Shown in pieces: positions 49,625 to 58,745 of a stretch of DNA of 61,767 bases. Origin of the DNA: an uncultured Lachnospiraceae bacterium. Lineage in GTDB: Bacteria; Bacillota; Clostridia; Lachnospirales; Lachnospiraceae. Every line of letters begins with the position of its first letter. Position 1 is the first letter of the stretch. The notes under the pieces were generated by a model. That model did no database searches, was not told the origin of the DNA, and worked only from the letters and a program-made list of their open reading frames with translations. The stretch is taken from contig CAZDPE010000003.1 in NCBI GenBank assembly GCA_964507235.1, positions 1 through 61,767 of the forward strand, given 5' to 3'. The position numbers and the translations under genes are program-made.

Positions 49625-51871
49625 ATGACAAGGGAAAAAAGCGGGAACAGAGTACGTAAGAAGGCAGAAGTAACCGGGGAAGAAAAGAAGCTTATCAAAG
49701 AAGAAAAGAAGCGCATCAGGGAAGAAAAGCAGGCTGTGAAAAAGGCCGTTAAGGACAAAGCTGAGAAAAAGATTAAGAAGAAAAAGCAGGATACGCAGTT
49801 TGCGGTTCAGATTGTAAAGGATGTGCGGGGAAACAGCCGGCGCAGTATTATGCAGACACTTCTTTTAGGATTTCTGGTTCCGGTTATTTTAATGATTGCT
49901 CTTGGAATTGTATCCTACAATGCAGCATCATCAGGTATTCTTTCCAAGTACAGGGAATCCGCCATGTCTACGGTATCGGCAGTAGGTAACTACTGTAATC
50001 TGGTATGCGATTCCATATCCAGTAAAGCGCTGGAGCTCGTTACAAACAGTGATGTAGGCAACTATTACGAAAAATATTATAAAAAGCAGGACAGCGATGC
50101 AATGGAAGCGTTTCGCAGTGCTAAATCCATTATCAGCAATACGAAGTCAACCAATAAATATGTATTCAGCTGTTCGGTAATACCTGACGGCGGTTCCTAT
50201 TTATCGACCCTGACGGGCGGTATGACATCCAACCCTTACGGCGATTTTACCGAAACAGCGGAAGGAAGTTTTTTTGCTGAGAATGCATCCATCAGAAATA
50301 AATGGATGGGGTATCATACATATTTGGATGACAATATGAATAGTACGCCGGAAAAATACGCCCTTGTTTTTTATCAGAGAATGCTGAAAAATAATACGGT
50401 TCTTGTACTGGACGTTGATATGACAGTGGCTGTAGAGATGCTGAATCAGATGGATTTCGGCGACGGAAGCATCAGGGCGCTGGTATCGGAGGATGGCAGA
50501 GAGGTGGCATCTGTCCAGGGAAAAGACGGAACTGCGGAAGAAACTTATTTTTTAGGAAATGAATTTTTTGAAGAATCAAAATCGGCGGAAGAAACAGGCA
50601 GCAGGGATGTAAAGGTAAACGGTAAAAGATATGTATATATTTATACGCCGGTGGGAAAAACAGGAGCCATGATATGTGCGCTGATTCCCAGGAGTAACCT
50701 GCTTGGACAGGTAGGAACGATTAAATATATTACGATTATCATGGTGATTTTAGCAGCCGGCGCGGCTCTGGCTATCGGAGCATATATATCCATAGGCATC
50801 AGCAAAACGGTGAAGTCCATGACCATGGGACTGGCAGCAGTGTCGGAAGGCGATTTGTCCAGGGATTTTGTGACAAAAAGAGAGGACGAGTTTAAAATAC
50901 TGACTTCCAGTCTGAATGCCATGATAGAGAGCATGAGAAACCTAATGCAGGATATGAAACAGTTTGGAGCCAAGGTAAGCGATCTTTCCATGGATGTTTC
51001 CGAAAAAACAATAACTGTCAGCACTTCCATGAGCGACATTGCGGCTGCCATGGATGAAGTGGCAAAGGGCGTGCAGAATCAAGCTGAGGATACGGAAAGC
51101 AGTAATGAGAAAATGATGGATTTTTCTGATAATATCAATGCAGTGACAGAAAAGACATCTGATATGGGAGCTTCTGCGGAAAAGGCAATTGATGCTGTGG
51201 AAAAGGGAAAGGTAATCGTTCAGGATTTAAGCAGTAAGTCGGATATTACGGTTGCGCTTACAAAAGTGCTGGTAGAGGATATCAGTGCAGTACAGCAAAG
51301 CTCTGAGGAAATTAAGAGCTTTGTGGATGTGATTAACAGCATTGCCGGGCAGACAAATCTGTTGTCATTAAATGCTTCCATTGAAGCAGCGAGAGCAGGG
51401 GAAGCGGGCAGAGGCTTTGCGGTTGTGGCAGAGGAAATCCGGAAGCTGGCTGACCAGTCCAGGGAATCGGGCAACAGGATTTGTGAAATAGTGGAAAATA
51501 TAGGAAGTACTACGGATAAGACCACAGATTCTGCGAGAAAAGCGGAGAATATGGTCAATGAGCAGGCAGCGGCGCTTTCCCAGACTGTGAAGGTATTCGG
51601 TTTAATTCAGTCCTGCGTGGGAGAACTGGTAGAAGGAATACGGACTATTACGCTTCGATTGGAAACCATAATGGAAGAAAAAGAGATGGTGCAGGGTTCC
51701 ATTCAGAATATTTCGGCCGTTTCCGAAGAAGTGGCTGCTTCCACCCAGGAGGTTACGGCTACGATTGGAGAGCAGGTTTCTGTTATCCAGAATTTAAAGG
51801 ATGAGGTAGAGAAGTTAAAAGAAGATGCGCAGCAATTGAATGCATCCATTGAGAAATTTAAGATATCATAA
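49625..51871 (+). CDS. Methyl-accepting chemotaxis protein
   Basis: Two TM segments flanking a large extracellular domain, HAMP, and the [37 protein letters not shown] signalling hairpin. Confidence 0.95.
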   Translation: MTREKSGNRVRKKAEVTGEEKKLIKEEKKRIREEKQAVKKAVKDKAEKKIKKKKQDTQFAVQIVKDVRGNSRRSIMQTLLLGFLVPVILMIALGIVSYNAASSGILSKYRESAMSTVSAVGNYCNLVCDSISSKALELVTNSDVGNYYEKYYKKQDSDAMEAFRSAKSIISNTKSTNKYVFSCSVIPDGGSYLSTLTGGMTSNPYGDFTETAEGSFFAENASIRNKWMGYHTYLDDNMNSTPEKYALVFYQRMLKNNTVLVLDVDMTVAVEMLNQMDFGDGSIRALVSEDGREVASVQGKDGTAEETYFLGNEFFEESKSAEETGSRDVKVNGKRYVYIYTPVGKTGAMICALIPRSNLLGQVGTIKYITIIMVILAAGAALAIGAYISIGISKTVKSMTMGLAAVSEGDLSRDFVTKREDEFKILTSSLNAMIESMRNLMQDMKQFGAKVSDLSMDVSEKTITVSTSMSDIAAAMDEVAKGVQNQAEDTESSNEKMMDFSDNINAVTEKTSDMGASAEKAIDAVEKGKVIVQDLSSKSDITVALTKVLVEDISAVQQSSEEIKSFVDVINSIAGQTNLLSLNASIEAARAGEAGRGFAVVAEEIRKLADQSRESGNRICEIVENIGSTTDKTTDSARKAENMVNEQAAALSQTVKVFGLIQSCVGELVEGIRTITLRLETIMEEKEMVQGSIQNISAVSEEVAASTQEVTATIGEQVSVIQNLKDEVEKLKEDAQQLNASIEKFKIS

Positions 51872-51938
51872 ACAAGGTTCGTGATATTATGAGCGGCGGT
51901 TATGCCGGGAATATAAAATTTATCACCGGAGAAAATGT

Positions 51939-52581
51939 ATGGCTTCAAAATTGTTATGGAATGACGGCTGGGAGTTCTGTGAATGCAAGCTTGATGAACA
52001 GGGCTTCCGGATACCGGAAAAGGCATCGTGGGAGGCAGTGGATATACCGCATGACTGGATGATTTATGATACGCATAATCTGTATCGAAGCTGTGTCGGC
52101 TGGTATCGTAAAAGTCTGAATATGGAAAAATTGAAACCGGAGGAAGAAATTGTCCTCCGGTTCGATGGAGTGTATATGGATGCTGCGGTTTTTGTTAACG
52201 GAAATCAGGCGGGGAATGGAAGTATGGCTATTCTGCCTTTGAAGTAGAAATTACTTCTTTTCTGAAAGCGGGAGAAAATTTTATTCCCGCGTGCAATGAG
52301 TCAAAGTCATGCTTGCATGACCTTGACGAATGCCGCGAGGGTCAATACCCCGCCCCTTGGGGCGCTTCAATTTCCATGCCCCGCTGCTTGCGGCGGGGTT
52401 ATTGACTTATGTACGCGCAGTTTATCAGGAGCCTAATACCAGATGGTATTCGGGAGCAGGAATTTACCGTAATGTCTGGCTGAAAAAGCGGAACAGAAAT
52501 CATATTGTATCAGACGGAATTTATATTACGCCTGTGAAACAAGGCGATGACATCTGGAAAGTGGAAGCTGCTTTGATTTAA
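51939..52581 (+). pseudogene. GH2 glycosidase pseudogene (N-terminal sugar-binding domain only)
   Basis: VDIPHDW, GWYRK, LRFDGVYM...VNG, then a -1 frameshift at the G run 52211-52214 (EWKYGYSAFEVEIT continues in another frame), a 122-bp insertion, then YVRAVYQEPNTRWYSGAGIYRNVWL and an early stop. Confidence 0.85.
52285..52406 (+). mobile_element. 122-bp non-autonomous palindromic element, IS200/IS605-like (PATE/MITE)
   Basis: Inserted after TTTAT, contains three TT-loop hairpins and ends ggggttattgac. Clean removal restores the local GH2 frame ...GENFIYVRAVY... Confidence 0.72.
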
Positions 52582-52636
52582 ACTGGTTTCAATATTATAC
52601 ATAAATTATATCAACTGAAAAGGGAGGATCTAAAAC

Positions 52637-54943
52637 ATGTTTCGTGATGATTTTGTGTGGGGCGTTGCGAGCAGCGCCTATCAGGTAGAGGGAAGAGAAG
52701 AGGGAGATGGATGCGGTAAGAATATCTGGGATACCTTCACAGAAGAAGGAAGAATTCTGGACGGAAATGATTCCCGGACAGCCTGTGATCATATGCACAG
52801 GTATAAAGAGGACTATGCGCTGATGAGGATGCTTGGCATTAAAGCGTACCGCTTTTCCATGAGCTGGGCAAGAATTCTGCCGGAAGGAACCGGAAAGGTG
52901 AATGAAAAGGCTGTTGCCCTGTATAGAGATATGATACTTACCATGAAAGAAAACGGTATCGAGCCTTATATTACAATGTACCACTGGGAATTTCCCCAAG
53001 CGCTTCAGGACAGAGGAGGCTGGCTGAATGAGGAGGTTATTGAATGGTTCGGTGAATATGCCAGGGTGATAGCTGAGAATTTCTCCGATATCTGTGAGTA
53101 TTTCATTACTTTAAACGAGCCTGAATGCTTTGTAGGTCTGGGGCATTTGTCGGGAGTTCATGCGCCGGGCAAAAAACTGCCTTATAAGGATGTATTTCAA
53201 ATTGCCCATAATGCGCTGCGGGCTCACGGGCAGGCCGTTATTAATTTAAGAAAATATGCATGCAGACCTATTAAGGTGGGATATGCTCCTACCTGCGGAA
53301 TGGCATATCCTGCAACAAATAAGCCGGAGGATATTGAGGCGGCAAGAAAGACTTTATTTGGTTTTTATCAGCCCATGGATAACTGGACCTGGAATGTGGC
53401 GTGGTTCAATGACCCTGTTTTCCTGGGTAAATACCCTGAAGAGGGCCTTAAAAAATTTGCGGAGTATCTGCCTGAAATTACGCAGGAGGATATGAAACTG
53501 ATTTCCCAGCCTCTTGATTTTATGGGACAGAATATTTACAATGGCTATATGATGAAACAGGGAGCGGACGGAGAACCCGAATATGTGGACAGACCGGCCG
53601 GGCTTGCAAAGACGGCGGCGAACTGGCCCGTAACGCCGGAGTGTTTTTACTGGGGCGTGAAATTTTTGTATGAAAGATATCAGTTGCCTTTGTATATTAC
53701 GGAAAACGGCATGTCCTGTCATGATGATGTTTCTCTTGACGGCAGAGTTCATGACCCGAATCGTCAGAACTTCCTGGATTTATATATTTCAGCCCTTCAG
53801 AAGGCAAATGATGAGGGTGCGGACGTAAGAGGCTATTTCCTTTGGACCTTCCTTGATAATTTTGAATGGGATAAGGGATATACGGAAAGATTCGGAATTG
53901 TATATGTGGATTTTGCAACCCAGAAAAGAATAGTTAAGGATTCTGCATTCTGGTATCAGAAGATTATTGAATCCAACGGAAAGGAGTTAACAATCAACAA
54001 GAAGATAAGACCTGTTTTATTTTTAAATCCTGTATTTAAACAGATGATTTGGGGAGGCAGCCAGCTTCGGGATAAGTTCGGCTATGAAATTCCCGGGGAT
54101 AAAACGGGTGAGTGCTGGGCGGTCAGCGCGCATCCGAACGGTGACTGCGTGGTAAAGGAAGGCATTTATAAGGGAAAGACTCTTTCACAGCTCTGGAAAG
54201 AAGAGCCGGAATTATTCGGCAACAGTGACCTCGACAGATTTCCGCTGCTGGTCAAGATCATAGATGCAAAGGATGATTTAAGTATTCAGGTACATCCTGA
54301 TGATAATTATGCCAGAGAACATGAAAACGGTTCCCTTGGAAAGATGGAATGCTGGTATATTCTGGACTGTCCGGAGGGGGCATCCCTTGTCATAGGACAT
54401 AATGCAGGATCAAAAGAAGAACTGACGGAGATGATCAGACAGGGAAGATGGTCTGAACTGATTCGTGAAGTGCCCGTTAAAAAGGGAGATTTTATACAGA
54501 TTAATCCCGGTACGGTACACGCGATTAAAGGCGGTCTGATGATTCTGGAAACCCAGCAGAACAGCGATATTACTTATCGTGTTTATGATTATGACAGATT
54601 GACGGACGGTAAGCCCCGCCAGCTTCATGTGGAGCAGAGCATTGACGTGATTACGGTTCCTGCTCCTTCGGCCGGGGACAGCGTAAAGTCAGCGCTTAAT
54701 CTGCCTGAAAATACCTTAAATGAACTGATTTCCTGCGATTATTATAAGGTCTGGAAATTAGAGGTAACAAAGCCGGTGTCCTTTGAGCAGACATATCCCT
54801 TTATGATAATGAGCGTTATTGAAGGGGAAGGGCTGGTTAACGGACAGATGATTAAAAAGGGCGACCATTTTATTCTGCCTGCAGGAATCGGTGAGGTGGA
54901 ACTTCATGGCAATATGCAGATTATTGCATCTACGGCCAATTAG
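52637..54943 (+). CDS. GH1 beta-glycosidase fused to type I mannose-6-phosphate isomerase
   Basis: GH1 motifs ASSAYQVEG, TLNEP, YITENG and DNFEW. C-terminal PMI motifs IWGG, LSIQVHPDD, ECWYIL, GTVHAI and QQNSDITYRVYDY. Confidence 0.92.
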   Translation: MFRDDFVWGVASSAYQVEGREEGDGCGKNIWDTFTEEGRILDGNDSRTACDHMHRYKEDYALMRMLGIKAYRFSMSWARILPEGTGKVNEKAVALYRDMILTMKENGIEPYITMYHWEFPQALQDRGGWLNEEVIEWFGEYARVIAENFSDICEYFITLNEPECFVGLGHLSGVHAPGKKLPYKDVFQIAHNALRAHGQAVINLRKYACRPIKVGYAPTCGMAYPATNKPEDIEAARKTLFGFYQPMDNWTWNVAWFNDPVFLGKYPEEGLKKFAEYLPEITQEDMKLISQPLDFMGQNIYNGYMMKQGADGEPEYVDRPAGLAKTAANWPVTPECFYWGVKFLYERYQLPLYITENGMSCHDDVSLDGRVHDPNRQNFLDLYISALQKANDEGADVRGYFLWTFLDNFEWDKGYTERFGIVYVDFATQKRIVKDSAFWYQKIIESNGKELTINKKIRPVLFLNPVFKQMIWGGSQLRDKFGYEIPGDKTGECWAVSAHPNGDCVVKEGIYKGKTLSQLWKEEPELFGNSDLDRFPLLVKIIDAKDDLSIQVHPDDNYAREHENGSLGKMECWYILDCPEGASLVIGHNAGSKEELTEMIRQGRWSELIREVPVKKGDFIQINPGTVHAIKGGLMILETQQNSDITYRVYDYDRLTDGKPRQLHVEQSIDVITVPAPSAGDSVKSALNLPENTLNELISCDYYKVWKLEVTKPVSFEQTYPFMIMSVIEGEGLVNGQMIKKGDHFILPAGIGEVELHGNMQIIASTAN

Positions 54944-54970
54944 GTAAAAAGATATGAGGAAGGTATTATA

Positions 54971-56155
54971 ATGATTAACGAACAATATAAAGAAATGTTA
55001 AAAGGAAAATCGGTTATCAGGGAGCTGTCTGAATTTGCCACAGCAAGAGGAAAAGAAATCGGCTATGAGAATGTATTTGATTACAGTCTTGGAAACCCCT
55101 CCGTGCCGGTACCAGAAAAGTTTACGGAAACTATGATTGATTTGCTGAAGACCAAAGGCTCCATGGAGCTTCACGGCTACAGCCCCAGCCTTGGGATTAC
55201 ATCTGTAAAAGAAAAAATTGCGGCATCCTTAAATAAAAGATTCGGAATGGATTACACAGGAAATCACATTTTCCCTACCACAGGTGCGGCAGGAGCGGTG
55301 GCTCATGCCGTGCGCTGCGTGACAAAACCCGGAGATGAAGTACTTACCTTTGCGCCCTATTTTCCGGAATATAATCTTTATATTAATATGACGGGAGCGG
55401 TTTTACAGGTGGTTCCCGCCAATACGGAAAATTTTCAGATAAATTTTGAAAAACTGGAAGAAATGCTGAATGAAAAAACGGCAGCTCTTCTTATTAATAC
55501 GCCGAATAATCCTTCGGGAGCAGTATACAATACGGAAACATTAAAAGCTCTTGCGGAGTTATTAAACAGAAAACAGAAGGAATACGGGCATGATATCTTT
55601 ATTATATCCGACGAGCCTTACAGGGAAATTGTATTTGACGGAGTGGATGCACCGTACGTTTCAAAATTCTATGACAATACTTTGTCCTGCTATTCTTATT
55701 CAAAATCATTGTCATTGCCCGGTGAACGTATCGGTTATGTGGCAGCGAATCCGAAATGCACAGATGCAGAATTAATCAGCGCCATATGCGGGCAGATTTC
55801 CAGAGGAATCGGTCACAATTGTCCGCCCTCTATCATTCAGCTGGCAGTGGCAGAGGTGCTTGATATTACTTCCGACATGAGCGTGTATGAAACCAATATG
55901 AATATTTTGTATAAGGAGCTTATTTCACTTGGGTTCGATTGTGTGAAACCGGGAGGAACCTTTTACATTTTCCCGAAAGCTTTGGAAGAGGATGCGGCTG
56001 CCTTCTGTAAAAAAGCTCTGCAGTATGATTTAGTGCTGGTTCCCTCCGATAGCTTCGGCGTGCCCGGATATTTCCGTATGGCTTATTGTATTGATGCGGA
56101 AAAGGTAGAACGCTCTTTAGAGGCGCTTCGGAAGTTTGTAAGAGAGAGCTATTAA
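54971..56155 (+). CDS. PLP-dependent class I/II aminotransferase (aspartate aminotransferase-like)
   Basis: NTPNNPSG, SDEPY, SYSKSLSLPGERIGY. Confidence 0.9.
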   Translation: MINEQYKEMLKGKSVIRELSEFATARGKEIGYENVFDYSLGNPSVPVPEKFTETMIDLLKTKGSMELHGYSPSLGITSVKEKIAASLNKRFGMDYTGNHIFPTTGAAGAVAHAVRCVTKPGDEVLTFAPYFPEYNLYINMTGAVLQVVPANTENFQINFEKLEEMLNEKTAALLINTPNNPSGAVYNTETLKALAELLNRKQKEYGHDIFIISDEPYREIVFDGVDAPYVSKFYDNTLSCYSYSKSLSLPGERIGYVAANPKCTDAELISAICGQISRGIGHNCPPSIIQLAVAEVLDITSDMSVYETNMNILYKELISLGFDCVKPGGTFYIFPKALEEDAAAFCKKALQYDLVLVPSDSFGVPGYFRMAYCIDAEKVERSLEALRKFVRESY

Positions 56156-56204
56156 ATAAATGCGTGGATTTTCGGCTGTTTAAGAATAGAAAGAAGTGGT
56201 GATT

Positions 56205-57053
56205 ATGTATCAGGCCGGGCTTGTTTTGGAAGGCGGAGGCATGAAGGGTGTTTATACTTCCGGCGTGCTTGACTTTTTCCTCGATAAGGGAATTGAATTT
56301 TCATCCTGCTATGGTGTTTCCGCAGGCGCCTGTTCACTGTGCAGTTTTTTATCAAAGCAAAGAGGCAGGGCGTATCATGTAAATGTAGATTATTTGGACG
56401 ACAAAAATTATTGCAGTGTATACAGTCTGATTAAAACGGGTGACTTATTCGGAGTGGACATGTGTTATCACAAAATACCGGATAAGCTTTATCCTTATGA
56501 TTATGAAGCTTATAATAAATACCAGGGTACCTTTTACAGTGTTGTTACTAACATAGAAACGGGATGTCCCGAATATATTCCTATTAAAGATATGAAATGC
56601 GATATTGATGCAGTACGGGCATCGGCATCGCTGCCTCTTGTATCGCGCAATGTAAATTATCAGGGCAGTTTATACCTGGACGGCGGAATATCCGATGCAA
56701 TTCCCCTAAGGAAGTCCATTCAGGATGGCAATGCAAAAAATGTTGTGATTATGACAAAGGAAATCGGGTACCGAAGGAAGCCTTCAGCGATGGCTTCCCT
56801 GATTAAGCTTCGTTACAGGAAATATCCTAAGGTGTATGAACTGATGAAAAACAGACACAATTCTTATAATGAAACATTGGATTTCATTGCGGATGAGGTC
56901 CGAAAGGGCACTGCTTTCCTGATTCAGCCCAGGAAGAGCAGTAATGTGGGAAGGATTGAAAAGGATCAGAGCAAGCTTAAAGCGCTTTATGAAGAGGGAT
57001 ATGCGCAGGCGGAGGAGTGTTATGAGGATTTAATCAAATTTCTGGAGGATTAA
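56205..57053 (+). CDS. Patatin-like phospholipase family protein
   Basis: LEGGGMKG, GVSAG, LDGG motifs. Confidence 0.9.
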   Translation: MYQAGLVLEGGGMKGVYTSGVLDFFLDKGIEFSSCYGVSAGACSLCSFLSKQRGRAYHVNVDYLDDKNYCSVYSLIKTGDLFGVDMCYHKIPDKLYPYDYEAYNKYQGTFYSVVTNIETGCPEYIPIKDMKCDIDAVRASASLPLVSRNVNYQGSLYLDGGISDAIPLRKSIQDGNAKNVVIMTKEIGYRRKPSAMASLIKLRYRKYPKVYELMKNRHNSYNETLDFIADEVRKGTAFLIQPRKSSNVGRIEKDQSKLKALYEEGYAQAEECYEDLIKFLED

Positions 57054-57056
57054 AAA

Positions 57057-57908
57057 ATGTTGGAATTTTTTAAGGCAGTGCTTTTTGGAATTGTGGAAGG
57101 AATTACGGAATGGCTTCCCATCAGCAGCACCGGGCATATGATACTTTTAGATGAGTTTGTTAAGCTTGATGTAACGCCTGAATTTTGGGAAATGTTTTTG
57201 GTAGTAATTCAGCTCGGGGCAATTTTGGCGGTAGTAGTATTGTTTTGGAACCAGATTTGGCCCTTTGGAAAGAAAAATAACCGCAGCCCGGTTGCAAGGA
57301 AAGGCCTCCTTTCCTATTGTAAAAAAGATATCTGGCAGATGTGGTTTAAAATAATTGCGGCCTGCGTGCCGGCGGCAGTTGTAGGTCTTCTTTTTGACGA
57401 GTTTTTTGAAAGTCTGTTTTACAATGGCTTTTGCGTTGCCATTGCGCTGATAGTGTTTGGCGTGGGTTTTATTATTATTGAGAACAATAATAAGGGTAAA
57501 AGAGCAAAAATTAATTCTTTATCGGAAATTACCTATCAGACAGCTCTGATTATCGGCATTTTTCAGCTGATTGCGGCGATTTTTCCCGGGACCTCCCGCT
57601 CAGGAGCCACTATTTTGGGAGCGCTGCTGATTGGAGTGTCCAGAACCGTAGCAGCTGAATTTACTTTCTTTCTTGCAATTCCCGTAATGCTGGGAGCCAG
57701 CCTTCTTAAAATGGTGAAATTTGGTTTGGCTTTTACCGGCAATGAACTGATGATTCTTGTTACAGGTATGGTATCGGCATTTGTGGTATCTGTTATTGTA
57801 ATCAAGTTTCTGATGGGATATATTAAGAAGCATGACTTTAAAATATTCGGATGGTATCGTATTGTGCTTGGAGCAGTTGTTCTTTTATACTTTCTGGTAT
57901 TAAAATAA
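57057..57908 (+). CDS. uppP: Undecaprenyl-diphosphate phosphatase
   Basis: EGITEWLPISSTGH, PGTSRSGAT, FGWYRI. Confidence 0.94.
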   Translation: MLEFFKAVLFGIVEGITEWLPISSTGHMILLDEFVKLDVTPEFWEMFLVVIQLGAILAVVVLFWNQIWPFGKKNNRSPVARKGLLSYCKKDIWQMWFKIIAACVPAAVVGLLFDEFFESLFYNGFCVAIALIVFGVGFIIIENNNKGKRAKINSLSEITYQTALIIGIFQLIAAIFPGTSRSGATILGALLIGVSRTVAAEFTFFLAIPVMLGASLLKMVKFGLAFTGNELMILVTGMVSAFVVSVIVIKFLMGYIKKHDFKIFGWYRIVLGAVVLLYFLVLK

Positions 57909-57949
57909 AAACTGAAAATCATACAAAAAACCTGAAATCAAATAAAAAG

Positions 57950-57978
57950 TTGACAATTTTTTAAATATGGAGTACACT
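57950..57978 (+). promoter_or_regulatory. Sigma-A promoter
   Basis: TTGACA-17 bp-TACACT. Confidence 0.65.
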
Positions 57979-58059
57979 GTTTCCTAAGAAATAAGGTTTT
58001 TTGAGGAGTAGAGTTTAGTTACCTGTTCATAATGGATATGTGTGAAAGGAGTCATTGAT

Positions 58060-58485
58060 ATGGCAGAGGTTAAAAAAGCAACTAAGGCGGCTGTTAAAGC
58101 AGCACCTGTTAAGGAAGAAAAAAAAGCAGAAGTAAAGGCAGCAGAAACCAAGGCAGAAGTTAAGGAAGCGCCTAAGGCTGAAGTGAAGGAAGCACCTAAG
58201 GCTGAAGCTAAAAAGGCAGCTCCCAAGAAAGCAGCAGAAAAGAAAACGCCTGCAAAGAAAGCAGTTGCAGCTAAGAAAGAAGCAGTAAAAGAAGCAGTTC
58301 ACTTCCAGTTCAGCGGCAAATCATATACATCTGAAGACCTGTTAAGGATTTGCAGGGATGTTTGGAAATATGACTTAAACGGTAAGGAAGAAGATTTCAA
58401 ATCTGTTGAATTATATGTTAAGCCTGAAGAAAATACTACATATTATGTAATTAACGGAAATATTACAGGAAGCTTCTTTATTTAA
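58060..58485 (+). CDS. Lys/Ala-rich histone H1-like protein with a conserved C-terminal domain (DUF6465-like)
   Basis: AAGGAG RBS, low-complexity AEVKEAPK/KKAAPKK repeats, and C-terminal ELYVKPEENTTYYVING. Confidence 0.75.
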   Translation: MAEVKKATKAAVKAAPVKEEKKAEVKAAETKAEVKEAPKAEVKEAPKAEAKKAAPKKAAEKKTPAKKAVAAKKEAVKEAVHFQFSGKSYTSEDLLRICRDVWKYDLNGKEEDFKSVELYVKPEENTTYYVINGNITGSFFI

Positions 58486-58529
58486 ACAGAAAACATTAAA
58501 TTTTAAATTGAAGTATAGGAAAGTGCAAG

Positions 58530-58561
58530 AGCAGACTCTGTTTTGACAGGGTCTGTTTTTT
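58530..58561 (+). terminator. Intrinsic terminator
   Basis: agcagactctgt-tttg-acagggtctgtt plus a T tract. Confidence 0.7.
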
Positions 58562-58633
58562 CAGTCAGAAGATATCTGTAAATTGTATTTTTATTATTTA
58601 TAATTTTTTAATAATTATTTTTAGCTATATGTG

Positions 58634-58662
58634 TTGACAATAAATAGGGTAAGTGATATTTT
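58634..58662 (+). promoter_or_regulatory. Sigma-A promoter of the hrcA operon
   Basis: TTGACA-17 bp-TATTTT with TGn extension. Confidence 0.7.
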
Positions 58663-58676
58663 ATGTTAAGAAGATG

Positions 58677-58703
58677 TTAGCACTCTAATGAGTCGAGTGC
58701 TAA
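58677..58703 (+). promoter_or_regulatory. CIRCE operator
   Basis: TTAGCACTC-N9-GAGTGCTAA, exact consensus, upstream of hrcA. Confidence 0.97.
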
Positions 58704-58745
58704 CAAGAAAAAGTTTTTATAGAAGATATGGAAGGGATGGTGGAG

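Noticed and set aside
52281-52410. TTAT on both sides of the insertion read as a 4-bp target-site duplication
   Set aside because: Removing one TTAT copy breaks the GH2 frame, while keeping both gives N-F-I-Y-V-R in frame. Disfavoured but not fully excluded without an empty-site allele.
52330-52581. 83-aa ORF as an independent gene
   Set aside because: A chimera whose start lies inside the inserted palindromic element and whose remainder is GH2 pseudogene sequence.
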